Positions 45,442-55,517 of a stretch of DNA of 56,495 bases are shown one piece after another. Positions within the stretch are counted from its first letter, which is position 1; every line of letters begins with the position of its first letter. Both the position numbers and the translations under genes were made by a program. Source of the DNA: a virus (Duplodnaviria > Caudoviricetes). Under the pieces are notes generated by a model, which had not been told where the DNA came from, made no database searches, and worked only from the letters and a program-made list of their open reading frames with translations. The stretch covers positions 1 through 56,495 of the IMG/VR virus record IMGVR_UViG_3300025010_000071. One strand, written 5' to 3'.

Positions 45442-45953
45442 GCCATCTCCATCGAACATCTCATGATATTCCCCACCTCAACCCCATCCACCACAATCGG
45501 CTGCCAGATCTCCGGGAAGTCCCGCAGCACATCAGCCAAGGTGAATCCCAGAAACTCACCCACCAGCACCCCGGCACGTTCATTGACAATCTGCTCGCCC
45601 TTCTTGCCATCCTTGAGATCCTTATCCACCAGACCTTTCGGCACCGGCTTGAGAGCCTTGAGAGCTTCCGTCACATCAGCACCCATCAGCAGGCCACCCA
45701 TGACCGGGGAGTCCTTGTACTTATCACCACATGGAGCAGCAACATCGAACGTCTCGGCATGTTTAGGGTCGTCTATTGCTGTCGGGTGGAGGTCTTTGAG
45801 GAAGTGGAAGAATGTCACACCTTTGACGATGCCATCCTGAATGAAGGTTCCTACAGGCCATGAGTTCTCAGGCCGCAGGCCGAAGATTTCTTGTGGTTTG
45901 GCTGGGTCTACGAGATAATATGCGCCGAATGATGGTCCTCTGTCGAGTTTCAT
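45438..45953 (-). CDS. hypothetical protein, possible fibre accessory
   Basis: GAGG RBS, ATGA overlap, G+C-rich codon use. Confidence 0.6.
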   Translation of the reverse strand: MKLDRGPSFGAYYLVDPAKPQEIFGLRPENSWPVGTFIQDGIVKGVTFFHFLKDLHPTAIDDPKHAETFDVAAPCGDKYKDSPVMGGLLMGADVTEALKALKPVPKGLVDKDLKDGKKGEQIVNERAGVLVGEFLGFTLADVLRDFPEIWQPIVVDGVEVGNIMRCSMEMA

Positions 45954-46219
45954 TCCACCACCTCGTCATCAATAGCCTTCAGCACCTCAGCCAATTTCTG
46001 CTTGCCGAACTCTTCACCAGTGGAAGTCTCCCACCATCCATCGCTGTCATCATCGGTTGAGGCTATCCCAGCAAGGATTGACTTGATCTTATCTTTCAGT
46101 TTGTCTGCTTCTTGCCTGGTCATAGTGCATACCCCCATTGTTATTAACCAAGCAAATAGCCAATCTTCGCTTGCATAGTAATTTTCTATATTTTGAACAG
46201 AAGTCCTGCCGCATAACAT
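45950..46219 (-). CDS. hypothetical protein
   Basis: Coherent C-terminal ~57 aa; true start probably internal. Confidence 0.5.
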   Translation of the reverse strand: MLCGRTSVQNIENYYASEDWLFAWLITMGVCTMTRQEADKLKDKIKSILAGIASTDDDSDGWWETSTGEEFGKQKLAEVLKAIDDEVVE

Positions 46220-46249
46220 TTAATGATTTGTGCACGCATCCTTTACATT

Positions 46250-47470
46250 TCATACGGCATACCCCGCAACCTTCAGTATCTCCGCCTCACTCGCCGACTT
46301 GCCCCAAAGTTGGGTCTGCAAGAAGCCTATAGGCACTGTGAGATTGTAGCCGAATCGCAGGTGCGTCAAGGGATTCATGCTGCCGTCATAGGCTGCCCAA
46401 CTGCCCCAGACTATATTTGCATCTATGGCAACCATTGCAGGGGTGTAGCGGCGACAGCCTGGCCTTTTTTGTGTTTTTGCAGAGTTTATCTGCACTATGC
46501 TTAGCAGCATAGACCCTCTGTCCCACGTAGCATTAATCACAGAGGTATTTGCTCCATCGCTATTTCCAATTTGCGGAGTGCCTGAAACATTACTGAATTT
46601 CAAATCGTGCAGACTGTCTCTTGATGTTAGAACATTACCATAAAATGCCGTTGGCAACTCCCCACTCCCCACACCCATCCAGCACAAAGCAGCAGCCGTA
46701 AACGCACCCCCGCTCAGGGCAGCGGTCATAGCTGCATTCAGCGGTATCGCCAGCCCGTTGCCGCCACTGGTGGATGCTGTGGAGGTTACTGAAATCCCCT
46801 TGCCCACTCGCGGAAACACATGCCCGCCAGCGGCAGTCAGCATCCAGTGCTCGCAGTTGGTCGGGGTAAACAGGCAATCCGCTGCGGTCCCGGTAAACTG
46901 TAAAGGCGTTGCCGCTGTCGCCGTCCCGAACGCTCCACACACAACCTCTGCACCAGTACCAAAGCACTGCACACAATATTTCTGAGCCGTAAGCGTTTTC
47001 GTAACTTGACCAGTTGGGTCTGCGTTGAATAGCTCGCTATACGCAGGCTGCACCATCACCCCTTTGCCAGGATGATTGACAGGCCACGGCACCATGTTGC
47101 CTGAAGCGTCGGGCTGGAGTCCGGCTACTGAGGTCTGGATAGTCGGGCCGATCATCGACACGCCCAGGTCTTTGGCGTTCCATACGGAGAGCAGGTTCCA
47201 CCACTCGTCAGCCTTGACTACTCTGTCAGCCCTCTGCATCCCCGCAGCATCCAAGTCCACACTGTAGACCGCCATGCCCTTCGGCCCGATCCGTATCTTT
47301 GCTGCCGGCACCAGCGCGGCCAAATCGACCGAGGCGTTGTTGGCGAACTCAGGGATGGCCTGGAAGTCCGCGCCGAGCGGGGCCTGGAAGTTGCCGACTG
47401 GGAAAGCTGCACCGGTGAAGGGGCCGTCTATGCCGAGGTGGCCTCTATGTTGGATTGGAGTACGTATCAT
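46250..47470 (-). CDS. putative virion fibre / receptor-binding protein (C-terminal LamG-like beta sandwich)
   Basis: GGAGG RBS; Ala/Gly/Thr-rich; ends LRFG...QLWGKSASEAEI like LamG domains. Confidence 0.5.
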   Translation of the reverse strand: MIRTPIQHRGHLGIDGPFTGAAFPVGNFQAPLGADFQAIPEFANNASVDLAALVPAAKIRIGPKGMAVYSVDLDAAGMQRADRVVKADEWWNLLSVWNAKDLGVSMIGPTIQTSVAGLQPDASGNMVPWPVNHPGKGVMVQPAYSELFNADPTGQVTKTLTAQKYCVQCFGTGAEVVCGAFGTATAATPLQFTGTAADCLFTPTNCEHWMLTAAGGHVFPRVGKGISVTSTASTSGGNGLAIPLNAAMTAALSGGAFTAAALCWMGVGSGELPTAFYGNVLTSRDSLHDLKFSNVSGTPQIGNSDGANTSVINATWDRGSMLLSIVQINSAKTQKRPGCRRYTPAMVAIDANIVWGSWAAYDGSMNPLTHLRFGYNLTVPIGFLQTQLWGKSASEAEILKVAGYAV

Positions 47471-47618
47471 TATAGCCTCCGTGCCGGATCAACCGGCCTA
47501 TTGCATATGTTAAGCAGCGCATTTCATGGTTTGTTTCCTAACTAATAAATTTGTCTTTTCCGTGATTGCTTGTAGTTTCTAGCCAGTCAGGCAATAAGCA
47601 CACACTGAAAACAGCAAA

Positions 47619-49166
47619 TCATGTTGACATGACGCCCGCCAATCTAAGTTTGGCGAGCAGCGCATTAAAGTCTACCTTCAGAGCCGCTAAATCCGCCGCC
47701 GAGCTGTCTGCTTGTGCGGTTGCCCTGGTTAGCACCCAATCGGACCATGTTGTAAGGGTTAGGGCTGAACGACGATAAATTAAGCTACCAACGACAGTCC
47801 GATATGTCTGGAAGCTGTACGTAGAGGTGTTGTAAAGCCTGCTGGTTTCCAAAAGCCCGTAAGCCGCTCCTGGAAAATCCGCCGCACCTGCTGGTGTTAT
47901 GGTTGTGAGGGTAATCTGTCCTAGCGGGAATACCGTTATGCCGTCAGCCGCTGTATACGCATTTAAAGCGGATAAAATCACTGTCTGGTTTGTGACAGAG
48001 ATATTTTTCTCCCATGCAGTCCATGCTGAGCCTACCGTCCAGAGTCGTTCCCATGATTTAATAGTATCATATGCGTAATATATTTGTCTAGTCCCGTCAT
48101 CCCCCGCCCCATCTATGTTTTTGATCCGCATTGTTACCAGTGTACCTGGTAGATCGTCAGGGAAACCAATCCTGCCACTATAACTAATTGTGGTATAGGT
48201 AATTTTGTCCATTAAGAAATCAGATGGCACACTGGAAGGCGTGAATTGATCCAATGCGGATACGTAGGGAGCTATGCCTAATGTTGTTCTTGGGTTAGTG
48301 GCTACTCCACCATCGCAAGCGATTATGTTATACGGACCAGTGGCAAAACCTGCTGACCTGCTTGGTTGCCATGGGTAGTATCCGAAATCGGCCAAGTTCC
48401 CTGCCACATCCATACCATCATTCAGTGTCACGATAGGTACTGCCGCAGTTTGGATATACGTAATCAGTTCGGCTAAATCGAGCAAATCCTGTTCGTTCAT
48501 TGTTGATTCGTCGGCATGAGTACAGAAAATCAGCCACGCATTGCTAGAAATAGCCGCATCGACTGCCGCTTTTTGTTGGGCCAATGTGAACGCACCATTA
48601 CCAAAATGCCGCCTCCCAAGTTGCCATGTGTGCAGCGGGCCGATATTAGTTCTTTCACCTAATACTACAGCCGAACGATAATATTGCCGAGAAAGTTGAG
48701 CATATCGTTCCCACGATACCCCCCCGGGATATACGTAGCTGCTGATGTTTAGCCCATATGCCGTTAATTCAAACTTTGATAATGATAACTCATCAATCAA
48801 CTCCTGTTCGGTTGTCACGCCATCCTCAAAAACGGGATGGCTTTTGCTGTGACTAGCGATTTCCCATCCATCATCCTGCAATGCGCGTAACTGGGTATCG
48901 GTTAAACTCCAAGCCGTGTTGACATAATTAGATGGAATACAAACCACGCAAGGAACTGCTGCGGCGTCAAAAACAGGTTTAAGTCGATTCCACACGGCGG
49001 AATCACCATCGTCGTCAACGAAAGTTACCAGCGGGGTTTTTTGGCGGTATTCGTGCGACGTGATAGACGCAGCAGTTACCACACACGGAGCACCAACAGA
49101 ATCCTGCCCATAAAGTTTCGCCCCAACCGGAGATTTAGCCGCGCCTGTAGTGATTATATCTGGCAT
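47619..49166 (-). CDS. virion fibre protein with NodB polysaccharide deacetylase domain
   Basis: VTFVDDDG, WEIASHSKSH, YVYPGG, LIFCTH; two knob-like repeats; C-terminal DFNALLAKLRLAG. Confidence 0.8.
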   Translation of the reverse strand: MPDIITTGAAKSPVGAKLYGQDSVGAPCVVTAASITSHEYRQKTPLVTFVDDDGDSAVWNRLKPVFDAAAVPCVVCIPSNYVNTAWSLTDTQLRALQDDGWEIASHSKSHPVFEDGVTTEQELIDELSLSKFELTAYGLNISSYVYPGGVSWERYAQLSRQYYRSAVVLGERTNIGPLHTWQLGRRHFGNGAFTLAQQKAAVDAAISSNAWLIFCTHADESTMNEQDLLDLAELITYIQTAAVPIVTLNDGMDVAGNLADFGYYPWQPSRSAGFATGPYNIIACDGGVATNPRTTLGIAPYVSALDQFTPSSVPSDFLMDKITYTTISYSGRIGFPDDLPGTLVTMRIKNIDGAGDDGTRQIYYAYDTIKSWERLWTVGSAWTAWEKNISVTNQTVILSALNAYTAADGITVFPLGQITLTTITPAGAADFPGAAYGLLETSRLYNTSTYSFQTYRTVVGSLIYRRSALTLTTWSDWVLTRATAQADSSAADLAALKVDFNALLAKLRLAGVMST

Positions 49167-49167
49167 A

Positions 49168-49803
49168 TCAAACTCCTATATTCAGGGTTTCCCCGTCAAT
49201 TGTTAAAATTGCTCCGTCAATCGTTAGTGGCTCAAATACCCATGACCATGAGGCAGAACCAGAGCCATCGAGCAGGACCGGGATTCTCCATCCAGCCTCT
49301 ATCAGCGTTTCTCCCGTAATGTCGAAATACATTGCCAGACCATCAGCAACCGTGAGCCCAACCTCATTCGCATAGTTCGTACCGCTCCCATCCAACCTTT
49401 CGGTAATCGTCGTACCCACGATCCCGATCAGGTGATGACCATTGCCTGAAGCATCCAGTTCAGCATCTTTCCCCGCATTAATCCCCGGCCAGTACGCCCA
49501 GAGCACCCCTGCCCGATGCACCCAGATATCCCAGCAATCAGCCCCAGGGAACGTCAAGGTACCAGCCACGCTGCATGTCGGAGCGTCGCCAGTAGCGGTG
49601 ATGGTGTCGGTGGTCAACAGACCTGGGCAGGGGGAACTACCTGCGCCGAGGAAGCCGCTGCTCTTGATTTGCTGGGTGACATGGCTTGCGCGTGGCAGGG
49701 TGGCGATGAGTTTGCCATCGGCTACAGTTTTCTTGTAATAAGCAAGTAAATTATCCCGGTAAGGAATCGATCTTCTATTATTAAGTAAACCGAAGTTTAA
49801 CAT
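49168..49803 (-). CDS. putative structural protein
   Basis: DASGNGHH motif; C-terminal LTIDGAILTIDGETL. Confidence 0.55.
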   Translation of the reverse strand: MLNFGLLNNRRSIPYRDNLLAYYKKTVADGKLIATLPRASHVTQQIKSSGFLGAGSSPCPGLLTTDTITATGDAPTCSVAGTLTFPGADCWDIWVHRAGVLWAYWPGINAGKDAELDASGNGHHLIGIVGTTITERLDGSGTNYANEVGLTVADGLAMYFDITGETLIEAGWRIPVLLDGSGSASWSWVFEPLTIDGAILTIDGETLNIGV

Positions 49804-49808
49804 AACTG

Positions 49809-50078
49809 TTACCCTAAATGGAAAGTACCAGAAGTAATAGCTACTGACTTGGCTCCGATAATAGAAAAAGTATTTCCTTCAATAGCAGCTATATCACTGG
49901 TAGTATCATCATCCCATGTAATGGTAAAACCACCATCAACTACACAATAAACAAGATTAGTTACCTGGGCACCAGCTGTACTGGTTAAATTTACTTTTCC
50001 TTTCACCAATGGCATGGCCTGTATCAAACCGTTACCATCACTCTTAGCTAAAACTGAATCTCTCATAATTTCCCCCAT
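49809..50078 (-). CDS. small beta-rich structural protein
   Basis: Late-operon position and composition. Confidence 0.55.
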   Translation of the reverse strand: MGEIMRDSVLAKSDGNGLIQAMPLVKGKVNLTSTAGAQVTNLVYCVVDGGFTITWDDDTTSDIAAIEGNTFSIIGAKSVAITSGTFHLG

Positions 50079-50126
50079 AAATTGGATAAGAATATCATTA
50101 CTTGGAGCATACTACAAAAATTTATA

Positions 50127-50357
50127 CTATACAAGAAAAGTTTTTCTTGACTTTTCAATACCTGCATATCCCTGAATAACTCGGTCAAATACAACTACCC
50201 GATCGCCAATTTTATATGGAGTAGTGGATTCCACCTGCATTTTACCAGTATCAGTAGAAATAATGTACCGAAGATATTCGGGGTTCCCAACTATAGTTCC
50301 AATTATTTTTACCGTCTTTTTCTTACTGTTCAAGATACTGTCAAGTATTTCTTTCAT
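50127..50357 (-). CDS. small OB-fold-like tail tip protein
   Basis: YKIGDRVVV motif; end of the tail operon. Confidence 0.5.
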   Translation of the reverse strand: MKEILDSILNSKKKTVKIIGTIVGNPEYLRYIISTDTGKMQVESTTPYKIGDRVVVFDRVIQGYAGIEKSRKTFLV

Positions 50358-50695
50358 TCTGCCACCTTTTCTATTTCAATTGAAGAACGTGCCGAGAATA
50401 CCCCACCTTTCTTCTTCTGAATAGTAATGGAAAATTTCAGTAACTTGCCACGGTAGATACCATATTCTTTATCAATTGCCTCGACTAAAGAAGAGGGTTT
50501 CAAATAAGGGACTATAGAGCAATTGGCACTGACGATGTCTTTATCCTGTTCCTCTCTATCGATGACGGCCCTTGCAGCAGATGCCGCAACTAAATCCGTT
50601 AAAATAAGGCTATTAGAGATAGTATCCCCTACGATGCATTGATCAGAAAGTTCCACACAGCATTCTGGCTTTCTTGTAACACACAAATTTATCAT
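50354..50695 (-). CDS. tail/baseplate protein
   Basis: ATGA overlaps; tail operon context. Confidence 0.5.
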   Translation of the reverse strand: MINLCVTRKPECCVELSDQCIVGDTISNSLILTDLVAASAARAVIDREEQDKDIVSANCSIVPYLKPSSLVEAIDKEYGIYRGKLLKFSITIQKKKGGVFSARSSIEIEKVAE

Positions 50696-51225
50696 GATTT
50701 CTCCAAGTAAATGGCAATGTAAACTTCATAAGTATCGAAGGAAAGAACTTGTGGGGTTAACCGATAAGAATCAAAAGAGACTGGATAAGTGGCTTTGCAG
50801 TAACACGGAATTGTACCAGTTCTGATATCCACTTTCATCTGTTCGTGGTCTACGTAAAGTGGGCCACCTACATTTCCATACCATACTGGTGTTAAAGCAC
50901 CACTAGGAACGTAGGATATACTTGGTTTATTATCCAATGAATTGATTTCAGTGAATACTAAATCATTTTCTCTGGTTCTGGTAACTGAACCAAGATGGGT
51001 AATATCACCAGCAGTAGCCAATATTTTAGAAATGTAAATACCATCTGGGCACTTAGTTAAGAAATGGTAAACATCTCCTGGAGCAAAACTGGTTTTCTCT
51101 ACTTTGTTACCATCAGAATCGGTAACAGTATCCAGTACCTCATCATGTTCCACAGTACAGGAACTGGAATCCTGAGTTACCCCTTCCCCGTAATGCAGAA
51201 CTATTGTTGCATGGACTTTACTCAT
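50692..51225 (-). CDS. tail/baseplate protein
   Basis: Beta-rich; overlaps both neighbours. Confidence 0.5.
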   Translation of the reverse strand: MSKVHATIVLHYGEGVTQDSSSCTVEHDEVLDTVTDSDGNKVEKTSFAPGDVYHFLTKCPDGIYISKILATAGDITHLGSVTRTRENDLVFTEINSLDNKPSISYVPSGALTPVWYGNVGGPLYVDHEQMKVDIRTGTIPCYCKATYPVSFDSYRLTPQVLSFDTYEVYIAIYLEKS

Positions 51226-53287
51226 GTAATGGCCTCAGTATGCATTGGATATCTTTAATATTGGGAGAAGTAACCAACCATTTATGGTATTTAGTGGTAT
51301 AGGTAATCTTCAACAAAGATTCTCCAGGAATTTCGGAAGTCAATGTACCATCTTCAGCAAAAGTAATTCCTCCTAAAGAATCCATTACCCATTCAATAGT
51401 ATTCTTTGTGTATATTGGTTTAGAAACATTTCCGGTACCATTAACAAATTCGATTAATTCATATGGGAGTTCCGAATCTGCTGGTGGCATGTTCTCAGTA
51501 ACTACTCCCAGATACTCAATGAGAACCGATTCTCCACCAGAAGTGGCAAGATACACTTCCTCACTGTCCCATGGAGTATGGAATCCTTTAACATATTTTG
51601 CAATACTTGAGACTACTTCTTCTTCTAAATTATAGGTGGTATTAGAAGTTAATTGATCCGATACATAAACAGTATTTACTCCTGACCTTTCTTCTGAAGT
51701 AGTGGAAACATTCTCGTAACGGATATCTTCTTTCAGATCGATATCTATTGTTTCTGTTTGGTAACTGGGAACTTTCTTCGGGTACACATGCATAATTTCC
51801 AATCCACCTTCTGGAGTAGACTGCATTATAGCCCCTAAAGGTTCCAGTATCTTTCTGATCACTGCCAATGGTTTTTCATTATTAGCAAATAGATAACCAG
51901 CAGGTATAAGTTCATCTACCAATTGACCACTTTCATATACATTCCAATTTACTGGAATGCTATGAATGGCTGCAAGTTCTGCTACTGTAGTAGATGCCAA
52001 ATTAGCAGGGAATTCTTTCTGTAATGTTGGTGAATATTTGCTATCTAAAAGCACCGATTGACTTCTACAAGTTAAAGTGTATATGGTAGAATTAACAGTG
52101 GTAGTCCTGGTCTTCTCCCACAACAGTAAATGGAAATCTATAGTATCGGAACCAACTGTTATAGTAATTACAACATTAGCTTTCTTAATACATAACGGGA
52201 AGTAATCTGGTTTATGTAAAGTGAATGTTCCCTCAATATAGTGCTGTTCTATGTCGCAATTTATGTTTACATTTTCGGATGGTACTTGTACTCCGGAAAT
52301 AGCAACTTTGTAATCTACTGTATTGTTCAATAGAATATTAGAAGTTATATTCCAATTCTGGCGTAAACCAGAAACAATAGAGTTAAGTAATTCCAAATTA
52401 TAGTTCTGGGAAAGTTTTAACGGTGCTCCAACTATCTGCTCCGTAATAGAATAAGAATGATTGGAACTGGCAATTATATTTCCAATTAAAGTGAAAGCCT
52501 GTTGCAATTGAACTATAGTTCTTATTTCTTTCCCGTAAACTTGTTCCAAGATTTTTATAATACTTCTACTGGAACTATAATATTGTTCAAGGAATTTTGT
52601 AATGGATTTTGCGTCTCCGTAATGCTGGGCCAGGACGGCGAGCAGTTGTAGTCCGTAGATCTGCTCAAGTTTGGCGAATAGACGGCTAGTCAAATGGTAT
52701 GGCTGCTCAAGCAGACACCGCAGTGAAAAATTCTCCAGGGTATATAATTGGTTGAGGACCGCAAGGAGAGTCGTAGAACTCTCAGATTGGATCTCGATAT
52801 GCCTGAAACCGAGATACGATCCGCCCCAGGTATTTGCACAGCGGAGCACGGTGTAACGATAGGCGGTGCTGTTGTCGATCAGGTGATACTGAGGGTCGGC
52901 CACATTACTGGCAACATGCTGGGCTATCTCTAGCGTTGCCAGTAATGTTAGATCGGTAGTATCAGCATATGTGACGTTGGCAAAGGCATCGGCTGAGTTT
53001 GTGCCATATACATACATCACTCTCACGCCTCTATCGGTGTTGGCACCTGAGACATGAGAATTTTCAATATAGATGCGTTTTATGACAAAGGCCGCGCCAT
53101 GATCGATATTGAATTTCTGGTTAGCGCCAAGTGACTGGGCTTGCCATTGGTTATAGTTTGCTGTCCCTATTAGTGGCAATGCCGGATCTGTGGAAAAATA
53201 AGGTAGGTTATATCCCGGATAAGACGAGCTCGCCTTTACGTAGGTTGAGTTTTGAGCTGGCGGGAGGTGCGATATGTAGGTTGTCAT
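51218..53287 (-). CDS. tail hub-like protein with N-terminal discoidin (F5/8C)-like domain
   Basis: ASSSY..W....ID.G..I..YRY..L discoidin pattern; LEQxY repeats; LAVIRKILEPLGA..STPEGGL hub pattern. Confidence 0.6.
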   Translation of the reverse strand: MTTYISHLPPAQNSTYVKASSSYPGYNLPYFSTDPALPLIGTANYNQWQAQSLGANQKFNIDHGAAFVIKRIYIENSHVSGANTDRGVRVMYVYGTNSADAFANVTYADTTDLTLLATLEIAQHVASNVADPQYHLIDNSTAYRYTVLRCANTWGGSYLGFRHIEIQSESSTTLLAVLNQLYTLENFSLRCLLEQPYHLTSRLFAKLEQIYGLQLLAVLAQHYGDAKSITKFLEQYYSSSRSIIKILEQVYGKEIRTIVQLQQAFTLIGNIIASSNHSYSITEQIVGAPLKLSQNYNLELLNSIVSGLRQNWNITSNILLNNTVDYKVAISGVQVPSENVNINCDIEQHYIEGTFTLHKPDYFPLCIKKANVVITITVGSDTIDFHLLLWEKTRTTTVNSTIYTLTCRSQSVLLDSKYSPTLQKEFPANLASTTVAELAAIHSIPVNWNVYESGQLVDELIPAGYLFANNEKPLAVIRKILEPLGAIMQSTPEGGLEIMHVYPKKVPSYQTETIDIDLKEDIRYENVSTTSEERSGVNTVYVSDQLTSNTTYNLEEEVVSSIAKYVKGFHTPWDSEEVYLATSGGESVLIEYLGVVTENMPPADSELPYELIEFVNGTGNVSKPIYTKNTIEWVMDSLGGITFAEDGTLTSEIPGESLLKITYTTKYHKWLVTSPNIKDIQCILRPLHE

Positions 53288-53673
53288 TGCCCGCCCCTGT
53301 TGAGTATCTCCAAGGTTGACATGCTGCTGTATTCAGTGTGACGGCAACCTGGATTAATGCACACTATGGCAGACCGGAGACCGTCGCCTATCATGGTGGC
53401 AGGAGAGATATTCACCTTCTCAACAACTGCCGCCGATCCGCACGATGAACAGATCGTTATGGTTTTATCTGCCAATCCGGCACGCTGCGCTAACCGTTGC
53501 GTCCGGGGAACAGTCTTCCGATATTCCCTCTCTTTTTTTACCATTTCAGCAGAGATGTGATCATGCAGACGTTGCCGAACAAAACGAACATCAGTCACTC
53601 CTTCCGCCTCGCACTGGTTCAGCATTTGCAGCATGTTCTGGGTTTCCGATAATTTATAGGCCATAAAATTCAT
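53284..53673 (-). CDS. zinc-ribbon protein inside the tail cassette
   Basis: CSSCG and CINPGC; TGATG and ATGA coupling. Confidence 0.6.
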   Translation of the reverse strand: MNFMAYKLSETQNMLQMLNQCEAEGVTDVRFVRQRLHDHISAEMVKKEREYRKTVPRTQRLAQRAGLADKTITICSSCGSAAVVEKVNISPATMIGDGLRSAIVCINPGCRHTEYSSMSTLEILNRGGQ

Positions 53674-55517
53674 CAGCATCTCCACTGGTCGACGAACGTA
53701 TTAATGACATAGGCATCATGAGCCTTTGCATACCAGCCGATATCAATTTGCTTGTAAAAGGCGAACACATTAAGATGGCAACTCGATTTCCAGTGAGGAT
53801 CATAATCACCACCCCCCTGATTTTGTTGACAGGGGGTGTATGCATCGCCGGAGAAACAAGTCAAACACTTGGAGGTATCGGGAACACACCTGACATCTCG
53901 GGAATATGACTGCACCTCATCATATTTTTGCCAGCAGCCAGCCTCTGCGGCAGCCGCAGACGGATAGTTGCTGCCAACCCAAAATACGGCGATTTTCAAC
54001 TGATCTATTTTAATGCCGTCCTTCTCCACAATAAAATGAGTGCCGCCGGGCAACTCCACTATGTCGCTGGAGCAATGCCCCATGATGGGGCAGAGATTTA
54101 TCCCTCCCGTCGTGCTTGTATACATCCGCACCCATTGGCCGTTTGTCGATTTCACTCCACCGTTGGCCACGCTGCAATTATCGGTAACCTCAATAGGACA
54201 AAAGCCACAGGCATCACCGGCATAGACTCTAATAAATGGCACATCAGTGACGGCATCACGCAGGGAATAGTTATCAAAGGTCATCCCCACTCCGCGAATC
54301 TTCCAGTAGTACGGCGACACACCGCCGGTGACGAAAACCACCCCTGATGTATAGTCGGTCAGAACACTTACCGAGTTATCAGCATCCCAGACAATCGGAG
54401 TAGCATCCTCACAGCAGTTTTTTGGCCTTACTATTTGTTCTGTATAAATGGCACCACAACCTTCTGGTGTAATGGGACCTAACGCAATAAATTCTATTGG
54501 TCCTGGCCACTCCCTTGTTAATTTATCAATAGTTTCTTGTGGTAAAACATTACCACCTGGATTTGGTGATTTCCAGGTTCTGCACGGATTTGGAGTTCCC
54601 TCTATACAGCATTTTTCTGCGTAAAAAGATGATTCTGCTATGGGCATGGGACCAAAAGGGCCCGAACCATATTCAATACACCCGTACACAACAGGTTCTA
54701 TTGGTTCTGTTTCTGGCTCAGGTTCTTCCTCTTCTGCTGCATTACCATCAGACCAACCACATATCTTAGCTAACATTTCTTTATCTGCTGCTATATCTTC
54801 TGTTGGTGCAGTTACACTTCCTTCATAAAACTGGTAATGATAAAAAGCCAAAATGTTTGCATCTTGTGGTTCACCAAATTCAGACCCGATATATTTTGGT
54901 ATTCCAGGAACTTCAATTTCTACTACATTATAAACAGTAACAAACTCTGCTCGTAAAACTCCAGTAACTGGTTTACCCCAAAACAAGTAGTTACCATAAA
55001 TTTCTTTTATTACAGGAGGGGAAATTAAACCAGAAGTATCAAAAACAGAACCTACCCATGAAGCAACTAAACCAGATTTTATTGGAAAATCCAATTTAAG
55101 AGAAGATAATCCTTCTATGGAAACAATAACAATTTTCTCTTTGGTTAAAGTAACAGTACTCTTTACTTTACCAACATCTAAATGCAAAGTATATGGTTCA
55201 TTAGGATGGCTACGGTAAATATTTACCAAAGCGGTGTACGTTCCACTTTTTAATCTTTTGCATTCCTCTAAATCTAACTCAGCTTTGGCTACTTCTAATA
55301 ATTTTTCTTCAGTAGGTGGTTCTTCTGGTACTGCATCTGTCTGTTCTTTATCACCGTAACACGGATTCAGATCATACAATTTATCTATTACTTCTGCCAC
55401 TTCTCCCGCAGTTACCAAGTCTTCTTCAACATCCTGCTCAATTCGTAACCAATATTCTTCTGCTGGAATTTCAGAGACACTAGAAGAATATGTTACCGAT
55501 GTAATTTGAGTATTCAT
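53673..55517 (-). CDS. Cys-rich tail protein with divergent C-terminal domain
   Basis: ATGA-coupled start 55517; Ig-like VTGGVSPYYW..IEVTD segment. Confidence 0.6.
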   Translation of the reverse strand: MNTQITSVTYSSSVSEIPAEEYWLRIEQDVEEDLVTAGEVAEVIDKLYDLNPCYGDKEQTDAVPEEPPTEEKLLEVAKAELDLEECKRLKSGTYTALVNIYRSHPNEPYTLHLDVGKVKSTVTLTKEKIVIVSIEGLSSLKLDFPIKSGLVASWVGSVFDTSGLISPPVIKEIYGNYLFWGKPVTGVLRAEFVTVYNVVEIEVPGIPKYIGSEFGEPQDANILAFYHYQFYEGSVTAPTEDIAADKEMLAKICGWSDGNAAEEEEPEPETEPIEPVVYGCIEYGSGPFGPMPIAESSFYAEKCCIEGTPNPCRTWKSPNPGGNVLPQETIDKLTREWPGPIEFIALGPITPEGCGAIYTEQIVRPKNCCEDATPIVWDADNSVSVLTDYTSGVVFVTGGVSPYYWKIRGVGMTFDNYSLRDAVTDVPFIRVYAGDACGFCPIEVTDNCSVANGGVKSTNGQWVRMYTSTTGGINLCPIMGHCSSDIVELPGGTHFIVEKDGIKIDQLKIAVFWVGSNYPSAAAAEAGCWQKYDEVQSYSRDVRCVPDTSKCLTCFSGDAYTPCQQNQGGGDYDPHWKSSCHLNVFAFYKQIDIGWYAKAHDAYVINTFVDQWRC

